Assembly: GCA_029227635.1 (NCBI GenBank)
Contig: JAQYAH010000086.1
Span: 26,160-90,159, forward strand
Direction of reading: 5' to 3'
DNA: 64,000 nucleotides
DNA from: Clostridiales bacterium
Lineage (GTDB): Bacteria; Bacillota; Clostridia; Lachnospirales; Lachnospiraceae
Position numbers and translations under genes: made by a program. Shown here piece after piece: positions 1 to 8,591 of this stretch. How positions within the stretch are numbered: the stretch's first letter is position 1; every line of letters begins with the position of its first letter. The notes below the pieces were generated by a model. That model made no database searches and was not told where the DNA came from. It was given only the letters and a program-made list of their open reading frames with translations.

Positions 1-1786
1 TTGTGATGTAGTTCTTGTCGGTAACTCCGGGGATGATTCCAAATCTCTTCTGGAGGCACTTTGAGAACTTGTAGGTTGTGGATTCCATGGGTGTTCCGTA
101 TACAGAGTAACTGATGTTCTCTGCTGCTTTCCACTCTGCGCACTTGTCATTGAGTCTCTGCATTACTGACAGTGCAAATTTCTCACCCTCAGGATCTGTG
201 TGGGATTTGCCCAACATGCGCACGCACATCTCGTACAAGCCTGCGTATCCAAGGGAGATAGTGGAGTAACCATTGTAAAGAAGTTTGTCGATCTTCTCTC
301 CCTTATTCAGTCTTGCCAGAGCTCCATACTGCCACAGGATAGGAGCAACATCGGAAACTGTTCCCAAAAGTCTCTCATGTCTGCATCTAAGTGCTCTGTG
401 ACAAAGTTCAAGTCTCTCATCCAGAATCTCCCAGAACCTGTCCATGTCTCCCTCTGAGGAGCAGGCAACATCGACAAGGTTGATGGTAACAACGCCCTGA
501 TTGAAACGTCCGTAGAATTTATAGCTTCCATCCTCGTTCTTCTGAGATTCCTCTACTGTAAGGAAAGAGCGGCATCCCATGCAGGTGTAAACATTACCCT
601 TCTTGAGTTCCTTCATCTTCTTAGCTGAGATGTAATCAGGAACCATTCTCTTTGCGGTACACTGTGCTGCCAGCTCTGTGATATCCCAATATCTTGAGCC
701 CTCGGAGATGTTGTCCTCGTCAAGAACGTAGATAAGCTTCGGGAAAGCGGGAGTGATCCACACGCCCTTCTCATTCTTAACACCCTGCATTCTCTGAACG
801 AGAACTTCTCTGATGATGGCTGCCAAGTCATCTCTGGTCTGACCTTCCGGCACTTCATCAAGGTACATGAACATTGTTACGAAGGGAGCCTGACCGTTAC
901 AGGTCATCAGCGTTATCAGCTGATACTGAATCGTCTGAATTCCGCTTCTGATCTCATCGTGAAGACGAAGCTCTGTGATCTTGTTGATGATCTCTTCATC
1001 CATCGACTCGCCGCAGGCCTCTCTCTCCTTGATGATATTTGCACGGATCTTCTGGCGGCTGATATCTACAAAAGGAGCAAGGTGGGAAAGTGTAAATGAC
1101 TGTCCGCCATACTGGTTACTTGCAACCTGTGCCACGATCTGTGTTGTCACATTACATGCAGTGAAAAAGCTGTGGGGCTTCTCAATGAGGGTCTCACTGA
1201 TCACTGTTCCGTTCTGGAGCATATCCTCTAAGTTGATGAGGTCACAGTTGTGCTCCTTCTGAGCAAAATAATCGGAATCATGGAAGTGAATAATACCTTC
1301 CTCATGCGCCTTCACAATATCATCCGGGAGAAGGATTCTCTTTGTGAGATCCTTACTCACTTCTCCCGCCATGTAATCACGCTGAGTTGAGTTGATAACC
1401 GGATTCTTGTTGGAGTTCTCCTGCTTGACCTCCTCATTGGCCTGATCGATGAGAGCAAGGATTCCGTCATCGGTTGTGTTCGCCTTACGGGCAAGGCTCC
1501 TCATATAACGATAACGAACATATTTCTGAGCAACCTCGTAGCCACGCATCTCCATTATGCCGGTCTCTACCATATCCTGGATATTCTCCACATTCACCGC
1601 ATGCGAAGAAGCCTTGATCTGGGATGCCACCTTATCGGAAACCGCCTGAATCTGATAATCGTTGAGCTGATGAATGCGGTCAACTTCCTTGTTGGCTGCT
1701 GCGATTGCGTTTCTGATCTTGGAAATGTCAAACAAAACCTCTTCGCCGTTTCGTTTGATAATGTAAGTCTTTACCTCCTGTGACAT
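1..1786 (-). CDS. nrdD: anaerobic ribonucleoside-triphosphate reductase, N-terminal ~595 codons (3' end lies beyond window start)
   Basis: The minus-strand frame is open from ATG 1786 (GGGAGGA 7 nt upstream) to the window edge. My translation starts MSQEVKTYIIKRNGEEVLFDISKIRNAI (ATP-cone) and later reads PDYISAKKM..CMGCRSFL. It is absent from the ORF track because no stop falls in the window. Confidence 0.85.
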   Translation of the reverse strand, partial: MSQEVKTYIIKRNGEEVLFDISKIRNAIAAANKEVDRIHQLNDYQIQAVSDKVASQIKASSHAVNVENIQDMVETGIMEMRGYEVAQKYVRYRYMRSLARKANTTDDGILALIDQANEEVKQENSNKNPVINSTQRDYMAGEVSKDLTKRILLPDDIVKAHEEGIIHFHDSDYFAQKEHNCDLINLEDMLQNGTVISETLIEKPHSFFTACNVTTQIVAQVASNQYGGQSFTLSHLAPFVDISRQKIRANIIKEREACGESMDEEIINKITELRLHDEIRSGIQTIQYQLITLMTCNGQAPFVTMFMYLDEVPEGQTRDDLAAIIREVLVQRMQGVKNEKGVWITPAFPKLIYVLDEDNISEGSRYWDITELAAQCTAKRMVPDYISAKKMKELKKGNVYTCMGCRSFLTVEESQKNEDGSYKFYGRFNQGVVTINLVDVACSSEGDMDRFWEILDERLELCHRALRCRHERLLGTVSDVAPILWQYGALARLNKGEKIDKLLYNGYSTISLGYAGLYEMCVRMLGKSHTDPEGEKFALSVMQRLNDKCAEWKAAENISYSVYGTPMESTTYKFSKCLQKRFGIIPGVTDKNYIT

Positions 1787-1859
1787 CCGATTATCCTCCC
1801 TAATAGTCTGTATAGTTTAATTATTTCAATGCCAAATGTATTGTTGTCAGAATTTAATA

Positions 1860-1906
1860 TCACAAAATCTTGTTTCTAAACAATTAAGAGACACAATATC
1901 TTGTGC
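1860..1906. promoter_or_regulatory. tandem NrdR-box-like palindromes upstream of nrdD
   Basis: TCACAAAATCTTGTTT (1860-1875) and ACACAATATCTTGTGC (1891-1906) both resemble the NrdR box acaCwAtATaTwGtgt. They are 31 bp centre to centre and lie 75-120 nt upstream of the nrdD ATG. Confidence 0.6.
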
Positions 1907-1986
1907 CTCTTAATAATACCCCCATACTATGAAATTGCCAACTGTTTTTTTCAATATTAAGAAAAATTTATAAAATGTTCGATTTA

Positions 1987-2778
1987 TCAGATCTCGAAGC
2001 TGCTGCCGGAGGCGATGTACTCCAGCCGATCCCCCATGATCTTTTTCATGAATTCGTACTGAGGAACCCCGGTACAATGCCCGGTATAGTACATGGTATC
2101 GTAGGACAAAAGCTCTTTTGCCCCATCTTCCAGCTTCTTCGCTCCCTTTCCTGCGGGCTCAAGAGTCATAAAGTGGAAGCCTCCCACAAAGATATCCGGC
2201 TTAAACCAGTTCATGATATTCAGAACCCCCTTATGGGAGCATCCACTGAAAAGGATCCTCCGGCCCTTCTCCTCAACCACAAGATATTGTTCGTGGCGGA
2301 AGGTCTCCGGAGTCTCTATACCATTCTCCCTCACGCTCATTCCCACCGGATTTATAGGGTGGATCGGAGTGAGCTCGTTTGCACTGTAAAGGGTCATTCC
2401 TCCCCCAAGATTCAGTTTGTCCTCAGTAAAAATGATCCGGTCGCTGTGCTTAAGTTCCTCATCCAGACCTATGTATCCGTGAACTGAGCTGTTGTGGTCT
2501 CCTACTGCCTTCTTGTTCATATAAATGGGAGCGTGATCATTTTCCCTTAGAAAAGTATTCATGCCACCGCTGTGATCATCGTGACCATGGGAAAGCACCG
2601 CAAAATCCACGCTTCCCAGATCCACCCCAAGGAGCCTTGCGTTGGACAAAAAAGCTCCGCTGGCCCCCGAATCAAAAAGGATCTTCCTGTCCCCGGTATC
2701 AATATACAGGGAAAGGCCGTGTTCCGCCTGATACTTTGTCATGCTGGGAGTATTCTCCATTAAAACCTTAATCTTCAT
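1987..2778 (-). CDS. MBL-fold metallo-hydrolase
   Basis: HGHDDHSGG metal-binding motif. The likely start is the internal MKIKVLMENT (2778), which overlaps the upstream stop by 11 nt. Confidence 0.8.
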   Translation of the reverse strand: MKIKVLMENTPSMTKYQAEHGLSLYIDTGDRKILFDSGASGAFLSNARLLGVDLGSVDFAVLSHGHDDHSGGMNTFLRENDHAPIYMNKKAVGDHNSSVHGYIGLDEELKHSDRIIFTEDKLNLGGGMTLYSANELTPIHPINPVGMSVRENGIETPETFRHEQYLVVEEKGRRILFSGCSHKGVLNIMNWFKPDIFVGGFHFMTLEPAGKGAKKLEDGAKELLSYDTMYYTGHCTGVPQYEFMKKIMGDRLEYIASGSSFEI

Positions 2779-5431
2779 CCTGCTCTTTCTTCTTTCTTGA
2801 TGCTCTGACAATGGAACCAAGTCCCACCGGAACGAAAATGCTCACCACCACTACCGCCAGGGTGATTCCCACAAGGGGGACTTTTCGATCTTTCCACAGT
2901 TTCTGAATTCTCTGGAAACGGTATTTTGCCATATCCAGTTCCACCTTCTTGTCTTCCTTGCCGCTGACCTTCATAGTTCCGGAAGCTCCGGTCTCCGGAA
3001 TGACAAAAGAGTACTCCTTCTCATCCATACGATCCACCACGAAGCGTCCTCGGCTGTCGGTTTCAAAAGCAAAAAGGTATTCTCCATCTTTGGTGTAGAG
3101 ATCCACCTCCTGCTCCCCGTATTCTCTGCCGAAATCCAGGTCAAAAGAATACCCGGCATCAACTTCTATGTCATCGATATAACCGATCATCTCTCCTGCG
3201 ATCTCATCGGCATCGTCCACATTATTGTACTTTCCACCGGTATCTTCTGTGATCTGCTTGAAAAAGTCGGAGGCATCCCCGGAAGCCTCCGAGGAAACTG
3301 CATAGAGAGTGATCACACCCTGATCCAGCACTCTTTCGTCACTGTTTTTGTAGTCGATTCCTATTCCGGAACCGGTCAAAAGGGTGAGAATCTGCTCGTA
3401 GGTATAGCCGGTGTCCGGCTCAGGATCATGAGGTGGTGCATCTCCAAGGACGATGATCACCTTCTTGGCATCTTTTCTCCAGTCAAGACCGGCCGCCTCT
3501 GCAAGGCCTGAAAATACCGTTTCTGGATTATCTCCTCCGTATCCCAGTGTCAGTCCGTCTATTGCCGAACGGATGGCCGTCTCGTCAGAGGTGAATTCCA
3601 GCTGAACCTTGCTGGGGTAGTCCTCGGAACCGCCCCTCTCCTTTGTGTCTCTGTAATCCACCAGAGCTACCCGGTAGCTTCCTCCCTTTGCTGAAAGAGC
3701 CGCCAGGATTTCGTCCATGTTCGCTTTTGCATCGTCAATGTCATCCCCCATGGAGCCCGTAGTGTCCACTACGAAGCAAAGGTCCAGTCCGGAGGCTTTT
3801 GAGCCAATGAGCTTATTGACCTCCTTAGCCGGTTCTCCTTTGGTTTTTTGGGAAAGTACCACCGCCTTTTGGGCATTTACCAGTCCGCACTCCCCGTTTT
3901 TTTCCAGATAGTAGCGGCCCGTTGAGGAAGTGATCAGGATCTGCTTCACCTGAGGGCCGGTAAGTTCCGGATTAATGGCAAAACAAAGACCCGCAGTACC
4001 TGAAACGTGAGGACAGGCCATGGACGTTCCTCCAAGGGAGAGATATCCATTCGCTCCTGTGCTGTAGACTTCGGTTCCCGGTGCTGCAATGTCCACCCTT
4101 TCGCCCACACAGGCAAAATCTGTATAGGGATGCTTATCCTCATTGCTGACTGCTCCCACGGTGATTACATGTGCTTTTGCTGTATCCTCATCCATGGCAT
4201 TCAGGAAGTTATTGTAAACCGCTTCCGCGCCGCCGCTTTTTGCGTCTTTTTTGTATTTTGTCAGCTCCTTATATCCGTAAAGCTCGCTTTTGCTCTCCTG
4301 ATAATAATAGCCGTTGACGTTTCCGGCAGCCACTACAAGGAGAAAATCCGGCTTTCCTTCCTCAGTTCTCTGCTGAATATATCGATTCAGCGCCACCTCC
4401 ATGGCGTCCGCCTGGTACTGTATGAAGTTCTGAGCCGCCTCATTTCCCATGCTCGCCGCAAAACAGATAGTCCGACTGGTATTCTGGCTTATGTTGATGA
4501 CTCTGACATCGTCGTCCGCCAGAGTCTTGATGTTATGCATGTAACTGTACCAGGTTCCGTAGCGGGATACATATTTTCCACCCTCGGCCTCAAAGACCAT
4601 CTGGGAAAAATAAAGCTTTCCCACATTTCCAAGAATTCCGGAGACTCCGGTCTTATTGTTCCAGTCTGCTCCTATGGTTCCAGCTACATGATTTCCATGG
4701 TCGGACTCCGCCTTAACCGTGTACTTGGGGTCCTCAATTTTTCCGTCTTCGGAAACTGTATTGACAGTGACCTTCTCAAAAGTAAGATCTTCGTGGTCCT
4801 CGTTAACTGTGTCGTCGATAAGCCCCACTCTTACCTCGGACATCTCCTCCAGATAATCCCAGGCCTCCGGCACCTGGATAAGCTCCAGTCCCCAGTTACT
4901 TCCGTCAGCATTATCCTTGTCACTCCAGTTTCCTGTTATTCCCTCTTCCCAGGGATCATCAGGGTATACTGCCTGGACTTCATCCTCCCCGTTTAAGGTG
5001 ACCGTGTTGAAATAAGCTTTCTCCACAAGGTTTTCCGCTTCCAGATCCCGGATCAGCTTGTCCAGCTCTCTGTAATCCTTTGCCTCCTCAAAAGTAAAAA
5101 GATACAGCCCGATATCTGCCATGGACTCTTCCAGCTCCGCGTCATACCCGGATGCCAGCGCTCTTATGTCCGTCAGTTCCGCCTCTCCATCGGCCAGAAC
5201 CACCACCTGGCGATTCATGTAGATCAGGCCGCTGTCCTCATCCGCATCCACCTCATCGTTATCTTTGATAAAAGCCTCTATGTCTTCAGCTTCTCCAACT
5301 GTCATTCCCTCAGAGGGCTTCTCCCTCTCGAACATGGGCTTTACAAGGAAAAAATACGCTGCAAAAAGGGCCGCCGCTACCAACACCGCCGCAATGAGTA
5401 TGATTGCGGTCTTCTTAACAGCCTTCTTCAC
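2768..5431 (-). CDS. membrane-anchored S8 (subtilisin-family) peptidase fused to a vWA domain, with a C-terminal TM anchor
   Basis: N-terminal hydrophobic segment. S8 triad motifs GLIDDTV (D206), DHGNHVAGTIGA (H245) and GGTSMACPHVSG (S470). vWA MIDAS in CFVVDTTGSMGDD (D556/T558/S560). C-terminal TM followed by RASRKKKEQDED. Confidence 0.85.
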   Translation of the reverse strand: MKKAVKKTAIILIAAVLVAAALFAAYFFLVKPMFEREKPSEGMTVGEAEDIEAFIKDNDEVDADEDSGLIYMNRQVVVLADGEAELTDIRALASGYDAELEESMADIGLYLFTFEEAKDYRELDKLIRDLEAENLVEKAYFNTVTLNGEDEVQAVYPDDPWEEGITGNWSDKDNADGSNWGLELIQVPEAWDYLEEMSEVRVGLIDDTVNEDHEDLTFEKVTVNTVSEDGKIEDPKYTVKAESDHGNHVAGTIGADWNNKTGVSGILGNVGKLYFSQMVFEAEGGKYVSRYGTWYSYMHNIKTLADDDVRVINISQNTSRTICFAASMGNEAAQNFIQYQADAMEVALNRYIQQRTEEGKPDFLLVVAAGNVNGYYYQESKSELYGYKELTKYKKDAKSGGAEAVYNNFLNAMDEDTAKAHVITVGAVSNEDKHPYTDFACVGERVDIAAPGTEVYSTGANGYLSLGGTSMACPHVSGTAGLCFAINPELTGPQVKQILITSSTGRYYLEKNGECGLVNAQKAVVLSQKTKGEPAKEVNKLIGSKASGLDLCFVVDTTGSMGDDIDDAKANMDEILAALSAKGGSYRVALVDYRDTKERGGSEDYPSKVQLEFTSDETAIRSAIDGLTLGYGGDNPETVFSGLAEAAGLDWRKDAKKVIIVLGDAPPHDPEPDTGYTYEQILTLLTGSGIGIDYKNSDERVLDQGVITLYAVSSEASGDASDFFKQITEDTGGKYNNVDDADEIAGEMIGYIDDIEVDAGYSFDLDFGREYGEQEVDLYTKDGEYLFAFETDSRGRFVVDRMDEKEYSFVIPETGASGTMKVSGKEDKKVELDMAKYRFQRIQKLWKDRKVPLVGITLAVVVVSIFVPVGLGSIVRASRKKKEQDED

Positions 5432-5434
5432 TAT

Positions 5435-6493
5435 TTATTCCTCCTTCCTTGTAAAAATTCTGATACATACATAAAAAGATAAAATGGGAGCTCCCATTAT
5501 GATACATATTAGTCCAAGGGCCAGCATAGTCTCCTTAAAAGGCACCATGCTGATGCGCATCAATCCTGCAATCACTCCGGGAAGGTGTGAAGCCAGTTTT
5601 TGTGCAAAGATTCCGATTCCAATATCTGCAATGCCTCCCGCTAACAGGGCCGCCCCCAGTGAACGAACGATATACCGCTTATTGTGCCGGCAGCTCATCC
5701 AGAGAAGAACCAGCGACAGCATAACGATAAGCATCGGTATGGCAATGAGCACTGTCAAAAGGAACTTTGAGTTGCTCGTGTCATTGCTGAATAGCAGAAC
5801 AAAAACTGTAAATATTACCCCACTCAGGAACAAGAGCAAGGTTGCCGCTGCCGTCAGGATTCTCTGACCGAAAGTTCTGTATCCCTTCTTATCCTCATCA
5901 AAAAGGAGTTCATCCAATTCCGGAATAGAAGAAGACACACTGCTCTCTTTCACCGGATTTGGATCCGTCAGTTCAATGTCCTTCTTCCTTCTGGCCTTCA
6001 CCTTGTATCTGGGCATCTCCGCTGCCTTGCGAATAAACTCCGGGGCATCCTCCGAGACCTTAACCTCTGGCCTTATCGCCTCAGGTGTGGTGAGTTCCAC
6101 TTTCTCCGGCTCTTTTGCCGGAGGCGGGGTAATAACCGGCATAATACTCTCCGGCTTCGCTTTGTCTTCCGAAACAGGTTTTGCTGCCGGAGCAGGTTTT
6201 GCCGCTGAAACCTCTTTGCTCTCCATAACAGGTTTTTCCGAAGGCACAGACCGTGCCGCAGGTTCAGGCTCGACTCTTCTCATTGAAGGGGTCTGGGGCA
6301 TTATGGTCTGAAGTTCTCCGGATCTTTGGGGCTTTACTATAGGATTTATCTTCCTTGCCTCTTCCTGAGCTTTGCGCAGAGCGTCCTTTTCAATCTGGGT
6401 GATGACTTTCTCCCCCAGTTCTGTCCGCTGTCCGCACCTTGGACAAAAACGGCTTCCCGCCTGCAGTTTGCACCCGCATTTTCTACAGATCAT
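5435..6493 (-). CDS. zinc-ribbon domain membrane protein
   Basis: N-terminal MICRKCGCKL..CPRCG (CxxC-x-CxxC), a long Pro/Ala/Lys/Glu-rich linker, then several hydrophobic helices. Its stop lies 3 nt before the next start. Confidence 0.7.
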   Translation of the reverse strand: MICRKCGCKLQAGSRFCPRCGQRTELGEKVITQIEKDALRKAQEEARKINPIVKPQRSGELQTIMPQTPSMRRVEPEPAARSVPSEKPVMESKEVSAAKPAPAAKPVSEDKAKPESIMPVITPPPAKEPEKVELTTPEAIRPEVKVSEDAPEFIRKAAEMPRYKVKARRKKDIELTDPNPVKESSVSSSIPELDELLFDEDKKGYRTFGQRILTAAATLLLFLSGVIFTVFVLLFSNDTSNSKFLLTVLIAIPMLIVMLSLVLLWMSCRHNKRYIVRSLGAALLAGGIADIGIGIFAQKLASHLPGVIAGLMRISMVPFKETMLALGLICIIMGAPILSFYVCIRIFTRKEE

Positions 6494-6527
6494 AACGGCT
6501 CCTTTCTGTTCATATTATGTATACAAT

Positions 6528-6584
6528 CGTCAAAGGCTGGACCTTATCCAATCCTTAGTCCTTTGCTCGTCGTTGGTATAAAAA
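6528..6584 (-). repeat. terminator-proximal conserved box plus hairpin, copy A (leader of the zinc-ribbon operon)
   Basis: Minus strand reads TTTTTATACCAACGACGAGCAAAGGAC..GTCCAGCCTTTGACG directly after the glmS terminator. It is similar to copies at 13777-13833 and 20992-21068. Confidence 0.45.
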
Positions 6585-6586
6585 CT

Positions 6587-6620
6587 AAAACCGATATGCT
6601 TCAGCTCACATATCGGTTTT
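6587..6620 (-). terminator. intrinsic terminator after glmS (symmetrical, possibly bidirectional)
   Basis: AAAACCGATATG / CATATCGGTTTT form a 12-bp stem flanked by A/T tracts. Confidence 0.75.
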
Positions 6621-6651
6621 AGAAAATTATAACATTATTCTGTTATGAATA

Positions 6652-8496
6652 CTATTCTACTGTAACACTCTTAGCAAGATTTCTGGGCTTGTCCACGTCC
6701 AAGCCTCTTGCAACTGCGAAGTAATATCCCAACAGCTGAAGAGGAACAACTGCAAGGGAAGCGACGAAATGCTCATCGATCGCCGGAACATAAATGGTGA
6801 AATCTGTGGAGTCCTCCACCACATAGTTGCCATAGCTTGTAACGCCAACAAGATAAGCACCTCGACTCTTGACTTCCTTCATGTTGCTTATAGTCTTCTC
6901 AATAAGTTCTGCCTGAGTAAGCACACCAATAACAAGAGTATTCTCCTCAATAAGGCTGATAGTACCGTGTTTGAGCTCACCGGCTGCATAAGCCTCCGTA
7001 TGAACATAGGAAATCTCCTTCATCTTAAGGCTTCCCTCCATGCAGACTGCATAGTCCAGGCCTCTTCCAATGAAGAAAGCATCGGTGATATTGGAGAACT
7101 TGGAGGCGAACCACTGAAGTCTCTCCTTGTCGTCGATGGTCTTCTCTATTTTAGTGGGGATCGACTTGATCTCCTCGACATATCTTGCTCCCTCTTCCCC
7201 GGAGATTACTCCTCTTGCCACTCCGGCTTTGATTGCCAGCATATACATGGCAATGAGCTGAGCGGTGTAGGCCTTGGTAGTAGCTACCGCGATCTCAGGA
7301 CCTGCCTGGGTGAGGAATACACTGTCCGCCTCTCTTGCGATGGAAGATCCCTCAACGTTTACAATGGCAAGGGTTCTTATTCCCGCCTCCTTGGCTTTGC
7401 GCAGAGCGGCAAGGGTATCGGCCGTCTCACCGGACTGGCTGATAACCACCATAATGGCATTCTTGTCCAAAGGCAGCTTGCGGTATCTGAATTCGGAAGC
7501 CAGCTCTACTCTTGTGCTGATGTTGGCAATATCCTCCAGCACGTACTGTGCTGCCATGCCCACATGGTAGGCTGATCCGCAGGCAACCACATAGAGAAGA
7601 GAAGCCTTCTTGAGATCTTCGTCAGTGATTCCCATTCCCTCATCGGTGATGGAATCAACTGTGCCTCCAAGTCCGCGGCGGATAGTATCCGCAACGACTC
7701 TGGGCTGCTCATGAATCTCCTTCATCATGAAATGCTCATAGCCGCCCTTCTCCGCAGCTTCCACATTCCACTCCGCAACCTTCTTCTCCTTGGGAACCAC
7801 GTCACCGTCCAGGTTGTAAAAAACAACTTCTCCGGGCTTTACGCAAGCCATCTCGAGATTGTCAATGTAATAGATGTTTCTTGTGTAATTCATGATCGCC
7901 GGAACATCGGATGCGATGTAAGCGCTGTCATCTTCAACACCGATGATCATGGGGCTTTCTTTTCTTGCAACAAAGATCTGTCCCGGATAATCCTTGAACA
8001 TTACTGCAAGCGCATAGGATCCGCGAACCCGGACCATGGTCTTCGCAAGTGCGTCAATGGGACCAACCTTGTATTTCTTATAGTAGTAATCGATGGTCTT
8101 AATTGCTACTTCAGTATCCGTATCCGAATAAAAATCATATCCCTTGCGGATGAGCTTATCCTTCAATTCCTGGAAATTCTCAATAATTCCATTATGCACA
8201 CCGACAACATTCATATCTGCTGTCACGTGGGGATGAGCATTGGTTTCCGAGGGCTCACCGTGAGTGGCCCATCTGGTGTGACCTATTCCACAGCTTCCGA
8301 CTACTGTCTCGCCGCCGTTGGTTTTCTCAACGAGTGCCTCAAGCTTGCCCTTAGCCTTTATAACAACAGGGTTGTTCTCTCCGTCTCTGACTGCAATACC
8401 GGATGAATCATATCCTCGGTATTCAAGCTTCTCCAGTCCGTTAAGGAGAACCGGGGCTGCTTTCTTAGTTCCTGTGAAGCCAACTATTCCACACAT
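6652..8496 (-). CDS. glmS: glutamine--fructose-6-phosphate aminotransferase
   Basis: MCGIVGF N-terminal nucleophile, two SIS domains, C-terminal ..KPRNLAKSVTVE. I chose the start at the MCGIVG Met (8496), not the upstream in-frame Met of the track ORF. Confidence 0.95.
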   Translation of the reverse strand: MCGIVGFTGTKKAAPVLLNGLEKLEYRGYDSSGIAVRDGENNPVVIKAKGKLEALVEKTNGGETVVGSCGIGHTRWATHGEPSETNAHPHVTADMNVVGVHNGIIENFQELKDKLIRKGYDFYSDTDTEVAIKTIDYYYKKYKVGPIDALAKTMVRVRGSYALAVMFKDYPGQIFVARKESPMIIGVEDDSAYIASDVPAIMNYTRNIYYIDNLEMACVKPGEVVFYNLDGDVVPKEKKVAEWNVEAAEKGGYEHFMMKEIHEQPRVVADTIRRGLGGTVDSITDEGMGITDEDLKKASLLYVVACGSAYHVGMAAQYVLEDIANISTRVELASEFRYRKLPLDKNAIMVVISQSGETADTLAALRKAKEAGIRTLAIVNVEGSSIAREADSVFLTQAGPEIAVATTKAYTAQLIAMYMLAIKAGVARGVISGEEGARYVEEIKSIPTKIEKTIDDKERLQWFASKFSNITDAFFIGRGLDYAVCMEGSLKMKEISYVHTEAYAAGELKHGTISLIEENTLVIGVLTQAELIEKTISNMKEVKSRGAYLVGVTSYGNYVVEDSTDFTIYVPAIDEHFVASLAVVPLQLLGYYFAVARGLDVDKPRNLAKSVTVE

Positions 8497-8591
8497 ATTG
8501 CTTCCTCCGTGAAAAATTTGCAAGCTACTTGAACCTATAATATCACACTCAAATACGTTCTACAAATTATTAAAGTATAAACAACACCGGG

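Noticed and set aside
4007-4996. Long antisense ORFs in the track (e.g. 4007-4996 +, 6769-7575 +, 7711-8406 +, 10404-11018 +, 11276-12121 +, 24641-25330 -, 49981-50823 +, 54546-55124 +)
   Set aside because: Each lies fully inside a confidently identified gene on the opposite strand. Their translations are low-complexity or Cys/His/Leu/Ser-rich without motifs. I treat them as shadow ORFs.
8497-8591. Expected glmS ribozyme upstream of glmS
   Set aside because: Only about 95 nt separate the glmS start from the MATE stop, and the sequence is AT-rich without the conserved ribozyme core I remember. That is too short for the ~170-nt element, so no ribozyme is called.
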